From positions 1 through 64,000 of the forward strand of contig CAVUKA010000003.1 of the NCBI GenBank assembly GCA_963741945.1: a stretch of DNA of 64,000 nt. The letters run 5' to 3'. Both the position numbers and the translations under genes were made by a program. Origin of the DNA: an uncultured Gemmatimonadales bacterium (GTDB taxonomy: Bacteria > Gemmatimonadota > Gemmatimonadetes > Longimicrobiales > RSA9). Shown piece by piece: positions 37,089 through 49,004 of this stretch (position 1 is its first letter; every line of letters begins with the position of its first letter). Under the pieces are notes generated by a model that made no database searches, was not told where the DNA came from, and saw nothing but the letters and a program-made list of their open reading frames with translations.

Positions 37089-38125
37089 GTGTCGTAGCCC
37101 CATTCCAGGGCCAGGGCGGCCATGGCCATTCCGCCGCCCGAGCCCATGAGCACCACCAGGTCGCCCGCCTTCAGCAGGTGGCGGTCGGCGGCATCCGCCA
37201 TGGCCATGGGGATGCACGCGCTCCCCGTGTACGCGAACCGGTCCATCACGTTGTGCGAACGGTCCCGCGGCACGCCCAGGATGTCCAGCGTCTCGTTGAT
37301 GCTGTTGATGTTGATCTGCGTGAAGAAGTAGCGGGCGACGTCGCCCGGCTCTTTCCCGATCTTCCCCAGCACGCTCCGGATCAGACGCGGCCAGTGCGTC
37401 GGGTTCGTCTCCGCCGGGAACTTCTTCGCGAAGCGCAGCAGGTGGTCCTTCCGCTCCAGCGCTTCCGGCGTCACGGGCATGAACGTGCCGCCGGCGTAGA
37501 TGCCCATGTAGTCGTGGAACGAGCCCTCGGCGTACAGCTCACTGGCCAGGATACCCGCGCCGGGGCGCGCGCCCCGCTCCCGGTCGGAGGCGGAGCCCAC
37601 GGCGCTCACCACGGCCGCGCCGGCGCCATCGGCGAACAGCGTGGCGAGCTTGTAGTCGTCGAAATCGAGGTACTTGCTCATGCCATACGCCCCGGCAATG
37701 AGCACGTGCCGGTACGATGCGTCCGCCACGATGTACTTCCACGCCAGGTCCGCGATGGTGACGAAACCCGCGCACGCCGTGTTCACATCGAACGTGCCCG
37801 CGTTGACGGCGCCCAGCTTGTGCTGCACCACCGAGGCCGTGGACGGCGAGATGTAGTCCGGCGTGTCCGTGGCCACCACCAGCAGATCCAGCTCCGCCGG
37901 CCCGATCCCCGCTTCCTCCAGCGCGTCCCGCGCCGCCGGCACCACCAGGTCCGACGTGGCCTGGTCCGCCGCCATGAAATGCCGCGTCTCGATGTTCCGG
38001 TTCGCCCGCAGGAACGCGTCCACGTCCATCCCGTAGCGCGCGTTGAACTCCACGTTCGGGATCGCCCGACCCGGGGCGCACAGGCCCGTCCCCGTCAACA
38101 CCGCGCGTCTCGTGCTCTCGCTCAT
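37085..38125 (-). CDS. FabH/KAS III-fold enzyme with atypical active site (Cys kept; His->Thr, Asn->Tyr)
   Basis: ATDTPDY, NTACAGF, LFADGAGA, FFTQIN (for VPHQAN), FAYTGSAC (for HGNTSAAS), GSGGG. Confidence 0.9.
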   Translation of the reverse strand: MSESTRRAVLTGTGLCAPGRAIPNVEFNARYGMDVDAFLRANRNIETRHFMAADQATSDLVVPAARDALEEAGIGPAELDLLVVATDTPDYISPSTASVVQHKLGAVNAGTFDVNTACAGFVTIADLAWKYIVADASYRHVLIAGAYGMSKYLDFDDYKLATLFADGAGAAVVSAVGSASDRERGARPGAGILASELYAEGSFHDYMGIYAGGTFMPVTPEALERKDHLLRFAKKFPAETNPTHWPRLIRSVLGKIGKEPGDVARYFFTQININSINETLDILGVPRDRSHNVMDRFAYTGSACIPMAMADAADRHLLKAGDLVVLMGSGGGMAMAALALEWGYDT

Positions 38126-38132
38126 GCCCCGC

Positions 38133-38741
38133 TCACTCCGCATCCGGACGGAGCCGCAGCCCGTCATGGATGAACTTCCTCAGGCTCTCCAGCGCTTCCT
38201 CCGGCGGCTCACGGTCGTCCCACACCACCCACCGCATCCCCATGAAGTGCGCCGCCCCCATCAGCGCGTACGCCACCGTCGCCGGATCCAGGCGACGGAT
38301 CTCACCCGCCTCCATCGCCGCGCCCAGCCCCTTCGCGTACCCCTCCGCCAGCCGCTCGTAGTACCAGCGGAAAAGATCCGGGTCGATGAACTGGCTCTCG
38401 AACACGATCCGGTACAGGTCCCGGTGCTCCGACGCGAAGCGCAGGAAGCTCCGCAGACCCGCCTCCTCCACCGCCAACCGCCCCACCACGCCCGCCACGT
38501 CACGGGCAATGGCGAGACGGAGGCGATGGCTCAGAGAGCGCACCAGCTCGCTGAATACCTCGTCCTTGCCGTGGAAGTAGAGGTAGAACGTGCCCTGCCC
38601 CACCCCGGCCTGCGTCGTGATCCCCGCCACCGACGTGGCGTGGTAGCCGGCGCTCCCGAACAGCGCCTCCGCGGCGTCCAGCAGCTTCTGCCGCGTCGCT
38701 TCGCCGCGCGCCGTCCGGGGTTTCCGTGAGGCCCTGATCAT
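38133..38741 (-). CDS. TetR/AcrR-family transcriptional regulator
   Basis: TRQKLLDAAEALF...TSVAGITTQAGVGQGTFYLYFHGK. Confidence 0.95.
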   Translation of the reverse strand: MIRASRKPRTARGEATRQKLLDAAEALFGSAGYHATSVAGITTQAGVGQGTFYLYFHGKDEVFSELVRSLSHRLRLAIARDVAGVVGRLAVEEAGLRSFLRFASEHRDLYRIVFESQFIDPDLFRWYYERLAEGYAKGLGAAMEAGEIRRLDPATVAYALMGAAHFMGMRWVVWDDREPPEEALESLRKFIHDGLRLRPDAE

Positions 38742-38781
38742 GGGCTCTGGCCCTCCATTCGTGGCAGACCGGGCACCGCGT

Positions 38782-38808
38782 ACCTGACACCTGAATCGGG
38801 TGTCAGGT
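38782..38808. promoter_or_regulatory. Palindromic operator, probably bound by the adjacent TetR
   Basis: ACCTGACACC-N7-GGTGTCAGGT with perfect 10-bp arms, 40 bp upstream of tetR. Confidence 0.75.
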
Positions 38809-38810
38809 TA

Positions 38811-38839
38811 ATGGTGCGCGGTACCCCGGACGATGTCAA
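38811..38839 (-). promoter_or_regulatory. sigma70-type promoter of the tetR operon
   Basis: Minus-strand TTGACA (38839-38834), 17-bp spacer, CACCAT (38816-38811). The predicted start falls inside the palindrome. Confidence 0.6.
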
Positions 38840-39006
38840 TGCCCGCGCCGGCGGAAGCGGTGCCGTGATGCGCTGCCGGGGCGGGAGGAAGGCGAGCCGC
38901 CCGAGGGCACTTTTGACCCGGTGGGGGCGGGCGGGTACTCTCCGGAATGCGACACATCCGACTCGCCGCCGAGGATCACCACCGCAAGGAACTGGACGCG
39001 ACGACG

Positions 39007-40095
39007 ATGCCGAGACGCCCATCCGGGGGAAGCCGATCCCCTGCCCTTTCGGTGCTGGCGGGCCCCGACGCCCTCCGGATCCTGCGCGATCGCGGTCTGC
39101 GCGCGGAAGACGTGGACGTGGTGCCGGGTGCGGGCGGCGGCCCGAAGTGGCTGGTGCTGGAGGCGCTGGACCGCTTTCTCTTCGGCGAGTTCCTGCAGCA
39201 ACCGCGCGAGCGCCCGCTGCACCTGATCGGCTCCTCGATCGGCGCGTGGCGGCTGGCGTGCCTGGCGCAGCGGGACCCGGTGGCCGCCATCGGCCGGCTG
39301 AAGGATGCGTACCTGGGGCAGGGTTACAACGAGAAGCCGACGCCTGCCGAAGTGAGCGAGGAGAGCACCCGCATCCTGGACCGGCTCCTCGGGGAGCATG
39401 GGGCGGAGGAGATCCTGTCGCACCCATGGGCGCGGCTTCACGTCATCACGGCGGAGTGCCGGGGCGCCGCGGCGAGCGAGTGGCTGCCGATGCTGGGGCT
39501 GGCCATGGCCACGGCCGCCGCGGCGAACATGGTCAGCCGCCGGGGGCTCGCGCTCCAGATCCGACGCGTGATCTTCCACACTGCGGGGGACGCCAGCCCT
39601 TTCCGCGCGCTGCGGGACTTCCCCACTCGCCACGTCCGCCTCACCCGGGGCAATCTGCGCCCGGCGCTTCTCGCGTCGGGCTCCATTCCCCTCGTGCTGG
39701 AGGGCGTGCGGATCCCGGGCGCGGAGCGGACGGTGTACCGCGACGGCGGGATCGTGGATTACCACCCCGACTTCGAATTCGGGCCGGGCGAAGGGCTGGT
39801 CCTCTATCCCCATTTCTTCCGCCACATCGTGCCGGGCTGGTTCGACAAGGCGCTGCCCTGGCGACGCGGCCACCCGCGCAACTTCCGGCGCGCCGTGATC
39901 CTCGCCCCCAGCGCGGATTTCGTGGCGGGTCTGCCGGGCGGGGCGATCCCGGACCGCAAGGACTTCTACCGCATGAGCGAGCCCGAGCGCCTCGCCGCCT
40001 GGAACGCGGCCGTGGACGCCGGCGAAGCGCTGGCCGAGGAGCTCAGGACGCTGATCGAGATGGGCGACATCGCGGGCGCGGCCCGGCCACTCTGA
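39007..40095 (+). CDS. Patatin-like phospholipase/esterase domain protein
   Basis: GAGGGPKW glycine loop, GSSIG nucleophile, LASGSIP, DGG. Confidence 0.85.
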   Translation: MPRRPSGGSRSPALSVLAGPDALRILRDRGLRAEDVDVVPGAGGGPKWLVLEALDRFLFGEFLQQPRERPLHLIGSSIGAWRLACLAQRDPVAAIGRLKDAYLGQGYNEKPTPAEVSEESTRILDRLLGEHGAEEILSHPWARLHVITAECRGAAASEWLPMLGLAMATAAAANMVSRRGLALQIRRVIFHTAGDASPFRALRDFPTRHVRLTRGNLRPALLASGSIPLVLEGVRIPGAERTVYRDGGIVDYHPDFEFGPGEGLVLYPHFFRHIVPGWFDKALPWRRGHPRNFRRAVILAPSADFVAGLPGGAIPDRKDFYRMSEPERLAAWNAAVDAGEALAEELRTLIEMGDIAGAARPL

Positions 40096-40220
40096 AGGTT
40101 TTCCCGCGGGGCGCGCGGGCCATGCCGTCGAGGTTCGTTCGTTCCCGCCGCGGGCGCCGCACACGGCTCGCCGCGGCGGCACTCCGCGAACGGTCCGATT
40201 CTTGACCCGGTCGGCGCACC

Positions 40221-41237
40221 ATGAAAGTGGCAGCGATCCTGAGCCTCATTGCCGGCGTGGGGGCCGTTGCGGGACTGTTCCTGCTCGCCGACCCGGGCCA
40301 CATCTGGTCGCTGATCCAGGACGTCGCCATCTGGCTCGTCCCGCTGGCGATTGCGCATTTCATCTTCATCCTGCTCACCACGCTGGCGTGGCGCAGCCTG
40401 CTGGTCGCCCAGGAGATGGACCGGCCGTTCCACGAGCTGTTCCGCATGCGCTGGATCGGCGACGCGCTTTCCGCGATGACGCCGTTCGGCGTGGCGGACG
40501 GGGAGGCGGTGAGGGCGTACCTGCAGGCGAAGGAGACGGAGCTGGATGGTCCGCGAGTCGCCGCGGTGGTGATCGTCGAGCTGACGGCACGTCTGCTCTC
40601 GCTGGTGCTCTTCATCCTGGTGGGGATGATCCTGCTGGCGCTGCACGGCGGCAAGCACGTCTGGCTCACCACTGGCGGCGCGACGGCACTGCTCATCGTG
40701 GTGCTGGGTGCCTACGTGTACGGGCAGCGTCACGACTGGCTGCACAGGCTTGCGCGGCTGATCGCGCGGAGGAGCAAGAGCGAGCGGTGGCAGGAGCTGG
40801 CCGGCGACACCGATGCCGTGAACGAGCATCTCGAGCCCATCTACCGGGAGCACGGCGCGTTCATCCGCTGCACCGCCTGGCACACGTCGGCCTGGGTGTT
40901 CTCCGCCACGGAGATGCTCTTCCTCTTCTGGATCCTGGGCGAGCCAGTGGGCCCGGTGGAAGCGCTCATCTTCGAGGCCATCGGGCAGGCGGCGAAGAAT
41001 GCAGGCTTCTTTCTCCCCGCCGGGCTGGGCGCGCAGGAGGGCGGCTACTACCTGGCTGCCGAAGCCATCGGGAAGAGCGCGTCCATCGGGCTGGCCGTGG
41101 CCATCATCAAGCGCATCCGCGACTTCATCTTCGGTGTCCCGGCGCTGCTGCTCTGGCAGCAGCACGCGAGGAAGGAGAAGAAGGAGAAGGAGAAGGAGGA
41201 GAAGGAAAGCGCATCGGACCGGGGCGCCACGGCCTGA
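40221..41237 (+). CDS. Lysylphosphatidylglycerol-synthase TM / flippase-like (HpnL-like) membrane protein
   Basis: Multi-[30 protein letters not shown]. Confidence 0.8.
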   Translation: MKVAAILSLIAGVGAVAGLFLLADPGHIWSLIQDVAIWLVPLAIAHFIFILLTTLAWRSLLVAQEMDRPFHELFRMRWIGDALSAMTPFGVADGEAVRAYLQAKETELDGPRVAAVVIVELTARLLSLVLFILVGMILLALHGGKHVWLTTGGATALLIVVLGAYVYGQRHDWLHRLARLIARRSKSERWQELAGDTDAVNEHLEPIYREHGAFIRCTAWHTSAWVFSATEMLFLFWILGEPVGPVEALIFEAIGQAAKNAGFFLPAGLGAQEGGYYLAAEAIGKSASIGLAVAIIKRIRDFIFGVPALLLWQQHARKEKKEKEKEEKESASDRGATA

Positions 41238-41249
41238 GCTTGCCGGCGC

Positions 41250-42600
41250 TCAGCCGATTCCGTACTTCTTCAGCTTCTCGTAGAGCGTGCGCTCGCCGAT
41301 CCCCAGCCGCTCGGCCGCGCGCCTGCGGTTCCCGCCCACCTCCGCCAGCGCCCGCACGATGGCGTCCCGCTCGATCTCCTCCATGGTCCGGGCGACGCCG
41401 CGCCGCGCCGCCGCCCGCGGGCGCAGTGGATGCCGGTGGGCGGTGGGTGCTGATGCGCAGGTCGTCGCCCCGCAGGACGTCGCCCTCGGCCAGGATCGCG
41501 GCGCGCTCCAGCGCGTTGCCGAGCTCGCGGACGTTGCCGGGCCAGCTCGCCTGCTGGATCTTCTCGCGCGCCAGCGGATCGAGGCGGAGCAGCGGACGAC
41601 CCACGTCGGCGGCGATGCGTGCGAGGAGCGTCTCGGCGAGGGGGAGGAGGTCGCGGCGTCGGTCGCGGAGCGGCGGGAGGTGGATGGGGAAGACGGCGAG
41701 GCGGTGGTAGAGGTCCTCGCGGAAGTCGCCGCTGGCCACGCGCGCTTCCAGGTCACGGTTGGTGGCCGCGATCCAGCGCACATCGACCTCGATGGTGCGC
41801 GTGCCGCCGAGCCGCTCGAAACGCTGCTCCTGGAGCACGCGCAGCAGCTTTGCCTGGAACTCCGGCTTGAGCTCGGCGATCTCGTCGAGGAAGAGGGAGC
41901 CGCCGTCCGCAAGCTCGAGGCGGCCCCGGCGGGTCTGGCTCGCACCGGTGAATGCGCCCTTCTCGTGGCCGAAGATCTCGCTCTCCATGAGCGTTTCGGA
42001 GATGGCCGCGCAGTTGATGGGGATGAAGGGCGCGTCGGCGCGGGGGCTGCGCTCGTGGATGATGCGGGCGGCCAGCTCCTTCCCCGTCCCGCTCTCGCCG
42101 AGGAGGAGCACCGTGGAGCTGGTGGCCGCCACTTTCTCCAGCGCGCGGACCACCGGCTGCATGACGGGGTCACCGTAGGTGAGTGGCGGGGTGGTCTGGG
42201 TGGTGCGCCGCGCTTCGTCGCGGGTGAGGAGGCGGCGCCGCTCGAGCGCGCGCGAGACCAGCAGCCGCAGCTCACCCGGTGACCCGACCGGCTTCTGCAG
42301 GTAGTCGAACGCGCCCAGCTTCATGGCTTCCACGGCCGTGTCCACGGTGCCGTGGGCCGTGAGCACGATGACTTCCATCTCCGGCACGTCCGACTTGGCT
42401 TTGCGCAGCAGGTCCACGCCGTCCAGCGCGCCGGGCATGCGCAGGTCCGTGATCATGAGGTCGAACGCCCGATCGTTCAGCAGCCGCATCGCTTCCATGC
42501 CATCCGCGGCCATCCGCGTCTCGTGGCCATCGGAGGCGAGCGCGTCGGACAGGAACTCGCGAATCCCATCCTCGTCGTCCACGATCAGGATCGCGCCCAT
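41250..42600 (-). CDS. Sigma54-dependent response regulator (NtrC/ZraR/AtoC-like); frameshift near 41420 separates the Fis-HTH
   Basis: ILIVDDE receiver, [52 protein letters not shown] in another frame. Confidence 0.9.
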
Positions 42601-42601
42601 G

Positions 42602-43942
42602 CTAGCCGCCCCCGGGGATCTCGATGCGGAAGCGCGCACCGCCACCCGCCCGGTTCGAGGCGGCGATCGTGCCGCCGTGCATCTCCACGATCCGACGCGC
42701 CACGGGCAGCCCCAGCCCCGTGCCGGTGGTGCGCGTGGTGAAGAACGGGTCGAACACGCGCGATTCCTCCTCCGGCGTGAGTCCCGCGCCCCGGTCTTCC
42801 ACGCTGATGCAGAGGCGGCCCCTGGCCTCGGCCACCGTGACTTCCGGCGCCGCACCGACGGGGGAAGCCTGGACGGCGTTGCGCAGCAGGTTCACGAGCA
42901 CCTGTCGCAGGCGAGGCTCATCGAGCGGCCACGCGGCGGGCGCGCCCTCGTCGTGCACCACCACGCCATTCCCGGGCGCGGCTTCCTCCGCGGAGGCCCG
43001 GGCGAGGGCCACGGGGTCGGTGGGCCGCAGATCGAGGGGCCCCGAGCGTGCGAAGTCCAGGAGGTCCGACGTGAGCGCTTCCAGGCGAGTGGCTTCGGTC
43101 ACCACGCGGTCCGCTTTCCGCCGGGCCGGACTGTCCTCCGGCAGCTGCTCCAGCAGCAGCTGCCCGTGCCCTTTCAGCGACGCCAGCGGGTTGCGGATCT
43201 CGTGGGCCAGCACGGCCGACATCTCGCCGAGCTCGCTCAGCCGCCGCTGCTCTTCCATTCGTCGCTCCGCCGCCTCGAACCGCTGCGACAGTCGCCAGAA
43301 CACGAGCGCCGCCAGCATCAGGACGGCCGCGCCCACCACCGACACCGCCAGCGTGCGCGACGCCCGGACCACCATCTCCTCCGCCACCACGGGCTCGAAC
43401 TCCAGCACGAGCACGGGCCGCTGGGCCACGGGGGCGGGCGGCGGCGGGACGAAGTAGCTGCGGACGCGGTCATCCACGCGCTGGATCACGGGCCCCTCCT
43501 GCGGCGCCGGCAGCGCGAACGCGGTGTCCGCCGGAACGCCGCTCTTCGCGATCATCTCGCCCGAGGGGCTCAGGACCCCGGCGAAGCGGAGGCCGCTCTC
43601 CCGCCGCTCGGCCAGCGTGCTGTCGAGCACCGCCTGGATCACGGCCACACTCTCGCGGCCGGGCGTCTGCTCGCCACCACGCCCCTCCTGCCCTCCGCGG
43701 CTGCCGTGGCGACGGCCGTCGTGCTGACGCTCCCAGGCGCGGAAGGCGCCGCTCCGCACGGCCGACTCCAGGATCTGCGCCTGCCCCCGGATCAGGGAGT
43801 CCGAAGCGTTGCGGACGCTGCGGTTGTTGGCCCACGCGCTCCCGATCAGCGCCACGCCCAGGGCGAGCGTGGTGATGAGCCAGCCCCAGCGGGCGCGGCG
43901 GCCATGCCGAGCAACACCGGGGTCCGCCTTCAGGGGCTGCAT
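42602..43942 (-). CDS. Membrane sensor histidine kinase
   Basis: Two TMs, [36 protein letters not shown]. Confidence 0.93.
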   Translation of the reverse strand: MQPLKADPGVARHGRRARWGWLITTLALGVALIGSAWANNRSVRNASDSLIRGQAQILESAVRSGAFRAWERQHDGRRHGSRGGQEGRGGEQTPGRESVAVIQAVLDSTLAERRESGLRFAGVLSPSGEMIAKSGVPADTAFALPAPQEGPVIQRVDDRVRSYFVPPPPAPVAQRPVLVLEFEPVVAEEMVVRASRTLAVSVVGAAVLMLAALVFWRLSQRFEAAERRMEEQRRLSELGEMSAVLAHEIRNPLASLKGHGQLLLEQLPEDSPARRKADRVVTEATRLEALTSDLLDFARSGPLDLRPTDPVALARASAEEAAPGNGVVVHDEGAPAAWPLDEPRLRQVLVNLLRNAVQASPVGAAPEVTVAEARGRLCISVEDRGAGLTPEEESRVFDPFFTTRTTGTGLGLPVARRIVEMHGGTIAASNRAGGGARFRIEIPGGG

Positions 43943-43982
43943 CGTTGCTTGCTCCGTTCCATGGTCCCGCGCCGGTGCCCCG

Positions 43983-45401
43983 TCAGGACGGGAGTCCGGC
44001 CGCCGGATCCAGGTTGCCGACGTAGTAGTCCAGCAGCTTCTGCTGGAACAGGAGCGAGTAGCGCGCGTTCACGCTCGCGCTGCTCGCCGACACCAGCTCC
44101 GCGCGCGACTGCGTCACCTCGAAGATGGTCGCGAGCCCGGCGTTGTAGCGCTCCTGCACGGCGGCGAGCGCCTGGCCCGCCGCCTTCACGCGCGCCTCCG
44201 CAGCATTCATCTGCTCTACCGCCGCCTTCCGGTCAAGGACGGCGCGCCGGACCTCGAGGGCGATCTGCTGCCGGAGGTCGGTGAGGGCGAGGCTGGCGTT
44301 GTCGGCCTGGATCCTGGCCCGCTCGGTGGCCCGCTGGGTGCCGAGGCGGTCGAAGAGGGGGAAGGAGAGCGACAGCCCCAGGGACCCGCTCTTCTTGTCC
44401 CGCAGCTGGTCGGCGAGGCCCAGGTTCGTGGCGTTCGTGTAGGAGCTGCCGTACCCCGCCGACAGGCTCACCGACGGCCACCACGTCGCCCTGGCGGCGC
44501 TCACTCCGGCCTCGGCGGAGCCGACCGCCCTCTGCGCCGCGTCCAGGTCCGGCCGGGAGGCGTACGCAGCCCGGAGCAGCGCGTTGACGTCCAGCTCCGT
44601 GCCCACGTCGACACTGTCCGGCATGGCCGGCGCGGCGAACGTGTAGCTGCCCACGGGGTCGAGCTGGAGCACCTGGATGAGCGCCACCTTCCGCAGCTCG
44701 GTGTTGCGGCGCGCGTCGACCAGCGCCGATTTCGCGGCGGCCACCTGGGCCTGTTGCTGGTAGAGGTCCACGATCGGGCGCGTGCCCGCGTCGGCCAGCG
44801 TGCGGACCTGCTTCAGCAGCTGCTCCTGCGCCAGGAGGTTCTCGTCCGCCACGCGCACCTGCTCCTTGGCGGCGATGAGGTCCAGGTAGCCGGAGATCAC
44901 CGAGAAGACCACGGTCTGCTCGGCGCGCTGCGTGTCCAGCTCCGCCGCGGCCTCGTCCAGGTTGGCGGCCTTCAGGATGTTGATGTTCCGGAATCCGTCG
45001 AACAGCGTGATGCTGCTCGAGACCCGGGCGGAGCCGCTCCCCGTGTTGCCGCTCAGGAGCTGTCCCTCGTTCGTGTTGAACGTGCGGCCGAAGTCCTGGT
45101 TCCAGCCGCCGGAAAGCCGGAGGTCCGGGGCGAACTGCATGCGGGCGTCCTGCACCGAGAGCTGCGCCAGGTCCTCCGCGTTGCGCGCGCGGTGGATGGT
45201 GGTGCTCTGGCGCAGCGCCATGTCCACCGCCCGATCGAACGTGATCACCGTCGAGTCAGGGCCCGGCTCCGCGGCCGGAGCGGTCTGCGCAGCCCCGGGG
45301 CCGGCCGTGGCCAGTGCGGCCGCCAGGCCCAGCGTCGCAAGGAAAGCCGGGCGGAGTGCCCCGCGGGCGCAGATCCAATCATGCATCGTGTACTGCATCA
45401 T
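43983..45401 (-). CDS. TolC-family outer-membrane efflux protein
   Basis: Signal peptide, two OEP repeats, RPDL, ERYNAG. Confidence 0.92.
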   Translation of the reverse strand: MMQYTMHDWICARGALRPAFLATLGLAAALATAGPGAAQTAPAAEPGPDSTVITFDRAVDMALRQSTTIHRARNAEDLAQLSVQDARMQFAPDLRLSGGWNQDFGRTFNTNEGQLLSGNTGSGSARVSSSITLFDGFRNINILKAANLDEAAAELDTQRAEQTVVFSVISGYLDLIAAKEQVRVADENLLAQEQLLKQVRTLADAGTRPIVDLYQQQAQVAAAKSALVDARRNTELRKVALIQVLQLDPVGSYTFAAPAMPDSVDVGTELDVNALLRAAYASRPDLDAAQRAVGSAEAGVSAARATWWPSVSLSAGYGSSYTNATNLGLADQLRDKKSGSLGLSLSFPLFDRLGTQRATERARIQADNASLALTDLRQQIALEVRRAVLDRKAAVEQMNAAEARVKAAGQALAAVQERYNAGLATIFEVTQSRAELVSASSASVNARYSLLFQQKLLDYYVGNLDPAAGLPS

Positions 45402-45438
45402 ATCCCTCCATTGGAGGCCTCGCGGCCCCGTCCAGAAA

Positions 45439-46652
<1,214 letters not shown>

Positions 46653-46656
<4 letters not shown>

Positions 46657-47414
46657 GCCGCACCTGCCATTTCCGCCTCGCGCAGCGCCGCCAGGTCCCG
46701 CGCGGCGACGAGGGGCTCACGCACGACGTCGTGGCGCACCACCCGGCCATCCTTCAGCTCCACCACGCGGTGGGCATAGCGGGCGATGTCGGGCTCGTGG
46801 GTCACCAGCACGATGGTCACGCCGTCGGCGTTCAGCTCCTGGAAGAGCGCCATCACTTCCACGGAAGTCACGGAGTCCAGGTTGCCCGTGGGCTCGTCCG
46901 CCAGCACGAGCGACGGCCGGGTCACCAGTGCCCGGGCGATGGCCACCCGCTGCTGCTGCCCACCCGACAGCTCCGCCGGGTCGTGCTCCAGGCGATCCCC
47001 GAGCCCCACGCGCTCCAGCGCCGTCCTGGCCAGCAGCCGCGTGTCCAGCTTCCGACCCGTCCGGTCGTACAGGAGCGGGAGCTCCACGTTCTCCAGCGCG
47101 CTCGTGCGCGGGAGCAGGTTGAATCCCTGAAAGACGAAGCCCAGCTTCCGGTTCCGCACGTCCGCCAGCGCGTTCTTCTCCAGCCCGTCCACGCGCTCGC
47201 CATCCAGCGCGTACGTGCCATCCGTGGGACGATCCAGGCACCCGAGGATGTTCATGAGCGTGGACTTCCCCGAGCCGGACGCGCCCATGATCGCCACCAT
47301 CTCGCCGCGCTGGAGCGTCAGGTCCACCCCCCGGAGCGCGTGCACCTCGTTCTGTCCGGCGCGGTACGTCTTCACCAGCCCCCGCGCTTCGATGACCGGC
47401 GTCTGCGCGCTCAT
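46653..47414 (-). CDS. ABC transporter ATP-binding protein (MacB/LolD-type)
   Basis: GASGSGKST, LSGGQQQRV, LADEPTGNLD, VTH. Confidence 0.95.
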
Positions 47415-48804
47415 CAGAACGCCCCCGGGGGCCGGCGGCCCCGGCTCGCGCTCGACTGGAACGGGTTGGCCGCCGACTCCGGCGACGCCGACCCGCTCAC
47501 GACGGCCGCGATCACCTGCAGCCCTGCCTTCACCGCCTCCGGCGCACGCACGATCACCGTGTTCTGGCCGTCCGTGAGACCGGTCCGCACAGGGCCACGG
47601 CCAGCTTGCCGTTCCCGTCCACGTACCAGAGCATGGCCCGGTCGGACGCCCCGGCGCTGCCACCGCCCGCGTACCCGGCGCCCCCCCGACGTTCCGCCCC
47701 GGCGCTGAAGCCGGCCGCACCGGCGCCCGCGGACCCGGCGCCCCGGGACGCGCTCCGGGGTGAAGCGCCGTCCGGAGACGCGTCGCCCGGAGAGGCGCTG
47801 TCGCGGCCGGCACCGGCCGCCGCACCGGCACCCGCACCCGCGGCCGCACCGGACTTCGCGGCGAGCCGCGCGCGAACCTGTTCCCGCATCTGCTCGGTGG
47901 GCTGGAAACGGAGCGCGGTGTTCGGGACGGTGAGCGCGTCCTGGGCGCTGTCGACGATGAACTCCACCGTGGCGGTCATGCCGGGAAGCAGCGCGCCCTC
48001 GGGGTTCTCCACGCGCACCACAGCGCTGTAGTTCACCACGTTCTCCTGCGTGGTGGAGGCGAGGCGCACCTGGCGGACGGTGCCGCTGAAGCTCCGCGAC
48101 GGATACGCCTGCACCGTGAAGCGCACCTCCTGACCCTGATGGATCCTGCCAATGTCGCTCTCATCCACGCTCGCCAGGATCTCCATCTGCCCCAGGTCGC
48201 GGGCGAGCACGAACAGCGTCGGCGCCGAGAAGCTCGCCGCCACCGTCTGCCCCACGTCCACGTTCCGCGACACCACCACGCCGTCGATCGGCGCCCGGAT
48301 CTCGGTGTACTGCAGGTTCCGCTTCGCCCGGTCCAGGTTGATCCTCGCCTGCTCATACGACGCCTTCGCCGCGTCGTACGTGTACTGCGCCTGGTCCTGC
48401 TCCGCGTCGGTCACCACCTGCTGCGCGTGCAGCGACGTCGAGCGCTCCAGCGCCCGCTTCGCCTGGTCCAGGTCCGCACGGTTCTTCGCCACGCTCGCTT
48501 CCGCCGACCGTACCTCCTGCTCCAGGATGGTCGGGTCGATCCGCGCCAGCAGCTGACCCCGCTTCACGTGGTCGTTGTAGTCCGCATCGATCTCCGCCAG
48601 CTGACCCGAGACCTGCGTCCCCACGTCCACTGTCTCCGTGGCCTGCAGCGTCCCCGTGGCCGTCACCGTGGATTCCACGTCCCCGCGGCCCACGCTCACG
48701 AACCTGTACTGCGGCGTCGCGCCATCGGTGCGCCGAACCAGTCCCCACGACAGCAGCGCCACTGCCGCCACCAGCGTCGGGATCAGGATCTTCTTCCGTT
48801 TCAT
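47414..48804 (-). CDS. MacA-type periplasmic adaptor (membrane fusion protein); frameshift near 47595
   Basis: VGTQVSG, IRAPIDGVV, GQTVAASF, LLPGMTA; C-terminus VRTGLTDGQNT...GAF* in a second frame, ending in a TGATG overlap. Confidence 0.9.
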
Positions 48805-48968
48805 GTTCCCCGTTCTCCCCTGTGACCGGGACCCCGGCCGCCTCCGCTCCCGCTTCCGGGGCACGGACGGGCCATCGCCTTCTTCCGACCCCCGTACAGT
48901 GGCACGGACGGGACCACGCGGATGTCCAGTGACCGCAACGATTCCCGGGCCCCGCCACGTGCCCGGCC

Positions 48969-49004
48969 CTGCGGCATCCGCAGGAAAGTCTGCGGAATCC
49001 GCAG
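48969..49004. promoter_or_regulatory. Twin palindromes CTGCGG-N3-CCGCAG (candidate enhancer/UAS for the sigma54 activator)
   Basis: Copies at 48969-48983 and 48990-49004, 21-bp period, about 170-200 bp upstream of macA. Confidence 0.55.

Noticed and set aside
34248-37097. 949-aa plus-strand ORF and similar long Arg/Gly/Ala-rich ORFs
   Set aside because: Antisense shadows of well-supported genes, with no recognisable motifs.
37085-38125. Assigning the symbol fabH
   Set aside because: It lacks the His/Asn catalytic residues and has no fab gene context.
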